Below, one piece after another: positions 25,489 to 26,803 of a stretch of 26,803 bases of DNA (position 1 is its first letter; the number at the start of each line of letters is the position of its first letter). The position numbers were made by a program, and so were the translations under genes. Under the pieces are notes generated by a model. It worked only from the letters and a program-made list of their open reading frames with translations, had not been told where the DNA came from and did no database searches. The stretch comes from a virus. Lineage: Duplodnaviria; Caudoviricetes. Location of the stretch: positions 1 through 26,803 of IMG/VR virus record IMGVR_UViG_3300020043_003340; one strand, written 5' to 3'.

Positions 25489-26050
25489 TTAGTATGTTTT
25501 TAATTTGGTTTAAAATCGTTTCGTCTTTCGATAATTCCTCTTTGCTTTCAAAGTAGCCTTCAATCGAAAACCCTTTTATTTCACCCGCTTTAACTTTGCT
25601 CCATACTTCGTCGTTGTCTACCTTCATTGAAATCATCCAAGTACCTTCGGGTAAGCTAAAGCCGTATTTGTTGCTTTTGTCGTGTTTCTTGTCTTCGATT
25701 ATCCAACTTTCAACTACGCTCATGCCGTCAATTTCTTTCATGTGTTCATAAGTCGCGTTGTTTTGTCGCGCGTTCCTTAGAAATAGTTGGGATGCCTTAC
25801 GAATGGTTTCTTTTGAGAAATAGATTTTATACTCTTCTTTCGTCTTTTCGTTAATCCTTAAAATCTGTTTGTCGGGTATCAATGCCGCACCCATTAAGAT
25901 TTTCTTTTCGTCGTCCACTTCTTTTAACTCTACAAAGTGTCGGTTCAAAGCAACCCAATTTTCCTCGATGGCGGGGTACTCTACAACGCTAACGGCGTAA
26001 ACCCCTTGCGTTTGGTTTTTGTCGTCTAATATTAGTTCTATTACGTCCAT
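25472..26050 (-). CDS. XkdF-like prohead serine protease, 192 aa
   Basis: GAALIPDK, TYEH, VVESW, LPEGTWMISMKV and KGFSIEG motifs. Confidence 0.85.
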   Translation of the reverse strand: MDVIELILDDKNQTQGVYAVSVVEYPAIEENWVALNRHFVELKEVDDEKKILMGAALIPDKQILRINEKTKEEYKIYFSKETIRKASQLFLRNARQNNATYEHMKEIDGMSVVESWIIEDKKHDKSNKYGFSLPEGTWMISMKVDNDEVWSKVKAGEIKGFSIEGYFESKEELSKDETILNQIKNILNATKK

Positions 26051-26079
26051 AATTTTAAAACTTAATCGGTTTATAATGT
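26051..26079 (-). promoter_or_regulatory. Putative phage late promoter, copy 4
   Basis: ACAT-tataaaccgatta-AGTTT-taaaatt-ATG, with the same spacing and one change per box. Confidence 0.6.
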
Positions 26080-26697
26080 TGCATTATTCACTCTCGCGCG
26101 GTCTAAGCCTTGTGCGGTTGTTACGTCGCCACTTACAACGTAAGCTTGGATAGGTTGACCTGTAAGTTGAGCGAGGGCGTTTACATTGGCGTTACCTACT
26201 ACGTTGAATTCGGGGGTTGTTACCGTGCCTGTTGCAGCGGGGTTTGGTGAATTGTTAGCCGTTTCCCCTTGGTATTGTTGTTTAGCAATGTTTCGAATAT
26301 TTACAAGTCCCGCACTTGCAGCAACTCCCGCAGCAATAACCGCACGGGCTATACTTGACGGGTCGCCAACTACCAACTGCGAACCATAAGCTGCCACCGT
26401 GTTTTTATACATTTCAACCGTAGCCTGTGCAATCTGTAACGCCTTGTTTCGTTTGAATGCTTTCTTTCGTCCTTCCTCGGTGTCTTTGTCAAACATCGCA
26501 CTAAGGTTACTAATCAAATCTAACCCCGCTTTTACATTGTCTGCGTATTGTTGTTGCGTGGCTATTTTCTTGTTTAACGCCTCTTGGTCTTTTGCTTTTT
26601 CTTCCTCGCGGTACTTGTCATTGATTACACCTAATTCCTCTTTTTGCTTTGCTTCTAATTCTGCTACGTCGTACCCGTATTGTTTAGCCGTTTCGAT
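26071..26697 (-). CDS. C-terminal fragment of the tape measure protein (5' end lost at a junction)
   Basis: Charged coiled coil, Ala-rich KALQIAQA...AGVAASAGLVNIRNI, and PIQAYVVSGDVTTAQ. The track's TTG start at 26706 lies in duplicated sequence. Confidence 0.75.
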   Translation of the reverse strand: METAKQYGYDVAELEAKQKEELGVINDKYREEEKAKDQEALNKKIATQQQYADNVKAGLDLISNLSAMFDKDTEEGRKKAFKRNKALQIAQATVEMYKNTVAAYGSQLVVGDPSSIARAVIAAGVAASAGLVNIRNIAKQQYQGETANNSPNPAATGTVTTPEFNVVGNANVNALAQLTGQPIQAYVVSGDVTTAQGLDRARVNNATL

Positions 26698-26803
26698 TAG
26701 CGTCAATACCCGAAACCGAATCTTTACACGCCTCTAACCTTCCGTTTGCTATATCGCATCCTGGCATAATATTAATTTTTTAAAGTGAAACAAAGGGGGC
26801 TTT
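26698..26803. repeat. Exact 106-bp duplicate of 22575-22680 at the contig end
   Basis: tagcgtcaatacccgaaaccgaatc...gaaacaaagggggcttt is identical at both loci (offset 4123). Confidence 0.95.

Noticed and set aside
1011-26737. All plus-strand ORFs in the track
   Set aside because: They lie antisense to well-supported, tightly coupled minus-strand genes and have no recognisable motifs, so they are shadow ORFs.
26698-26803. Phage terminal repeat, att site or functional gene fusion
   Set aside because: It matches an internal locus rather than the window start, no integrase is present, and the fusion is out of frame.
1-26803. tRNA genes, introns, inteins, stop-codon reassignment
   Set aside because: I saw no cloverleaf, core genes are uninterrupted and of normal size under the standard code, and intergenic space is almost fully accounted for. 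tRNAscan-SE would be the definitive check.

Overview
This is a partial genome (about 27 kb) of a tailed dsDNA phage. The host is most likely Bacteroidota, inferred from TAnnTTTG-type promoters and a DUF3127-like gene. Every credible gene is on the minus strand, with tight ATGA/TAATG coupling. In transcription order (right to left): truncated tape measure, XkdF-like prohead protease, scaffold, major capsid, tail tube, portal, adaptor, tail fibre/holin/endolysin, metallophosphoesterase, small early genes including an RlpA-like transglycosylase, replication initiator and helicase, C5 DNA methyltransferase, NinG, Erf/YqaJ/SSB-like recombination genes, an ECF-like sigma factor, terminase, tail chaperone and tail genes. 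The ORF track misses several signals. (1) A fixed-spacing motif ACA[AT]-N13-AGTT[AT]-N7-ATG precedes four late operons, a candidate leaderless regulon for the phage sigma factor. (2) A T9 slippery site gives -1 access to an 88-codon frame that overlaps 68 open 0-frame codons in the tail chaperone gene. (3) A two-hairpin leader with 8-bp loop-loop complementarity and a terminator-like 3' end lies upstream of the replication initiator. (4) An 11-bp-periodic iteron-like array with an AT-rich tract lies inside the initiator gene. (5) GATC is strongly avoided and there are CpG-poor islands. The last 106 bp duplicate 22575-22680 and are probably a chimeric contig end. All product calls come from motifs recognised by eye, not from database searches.
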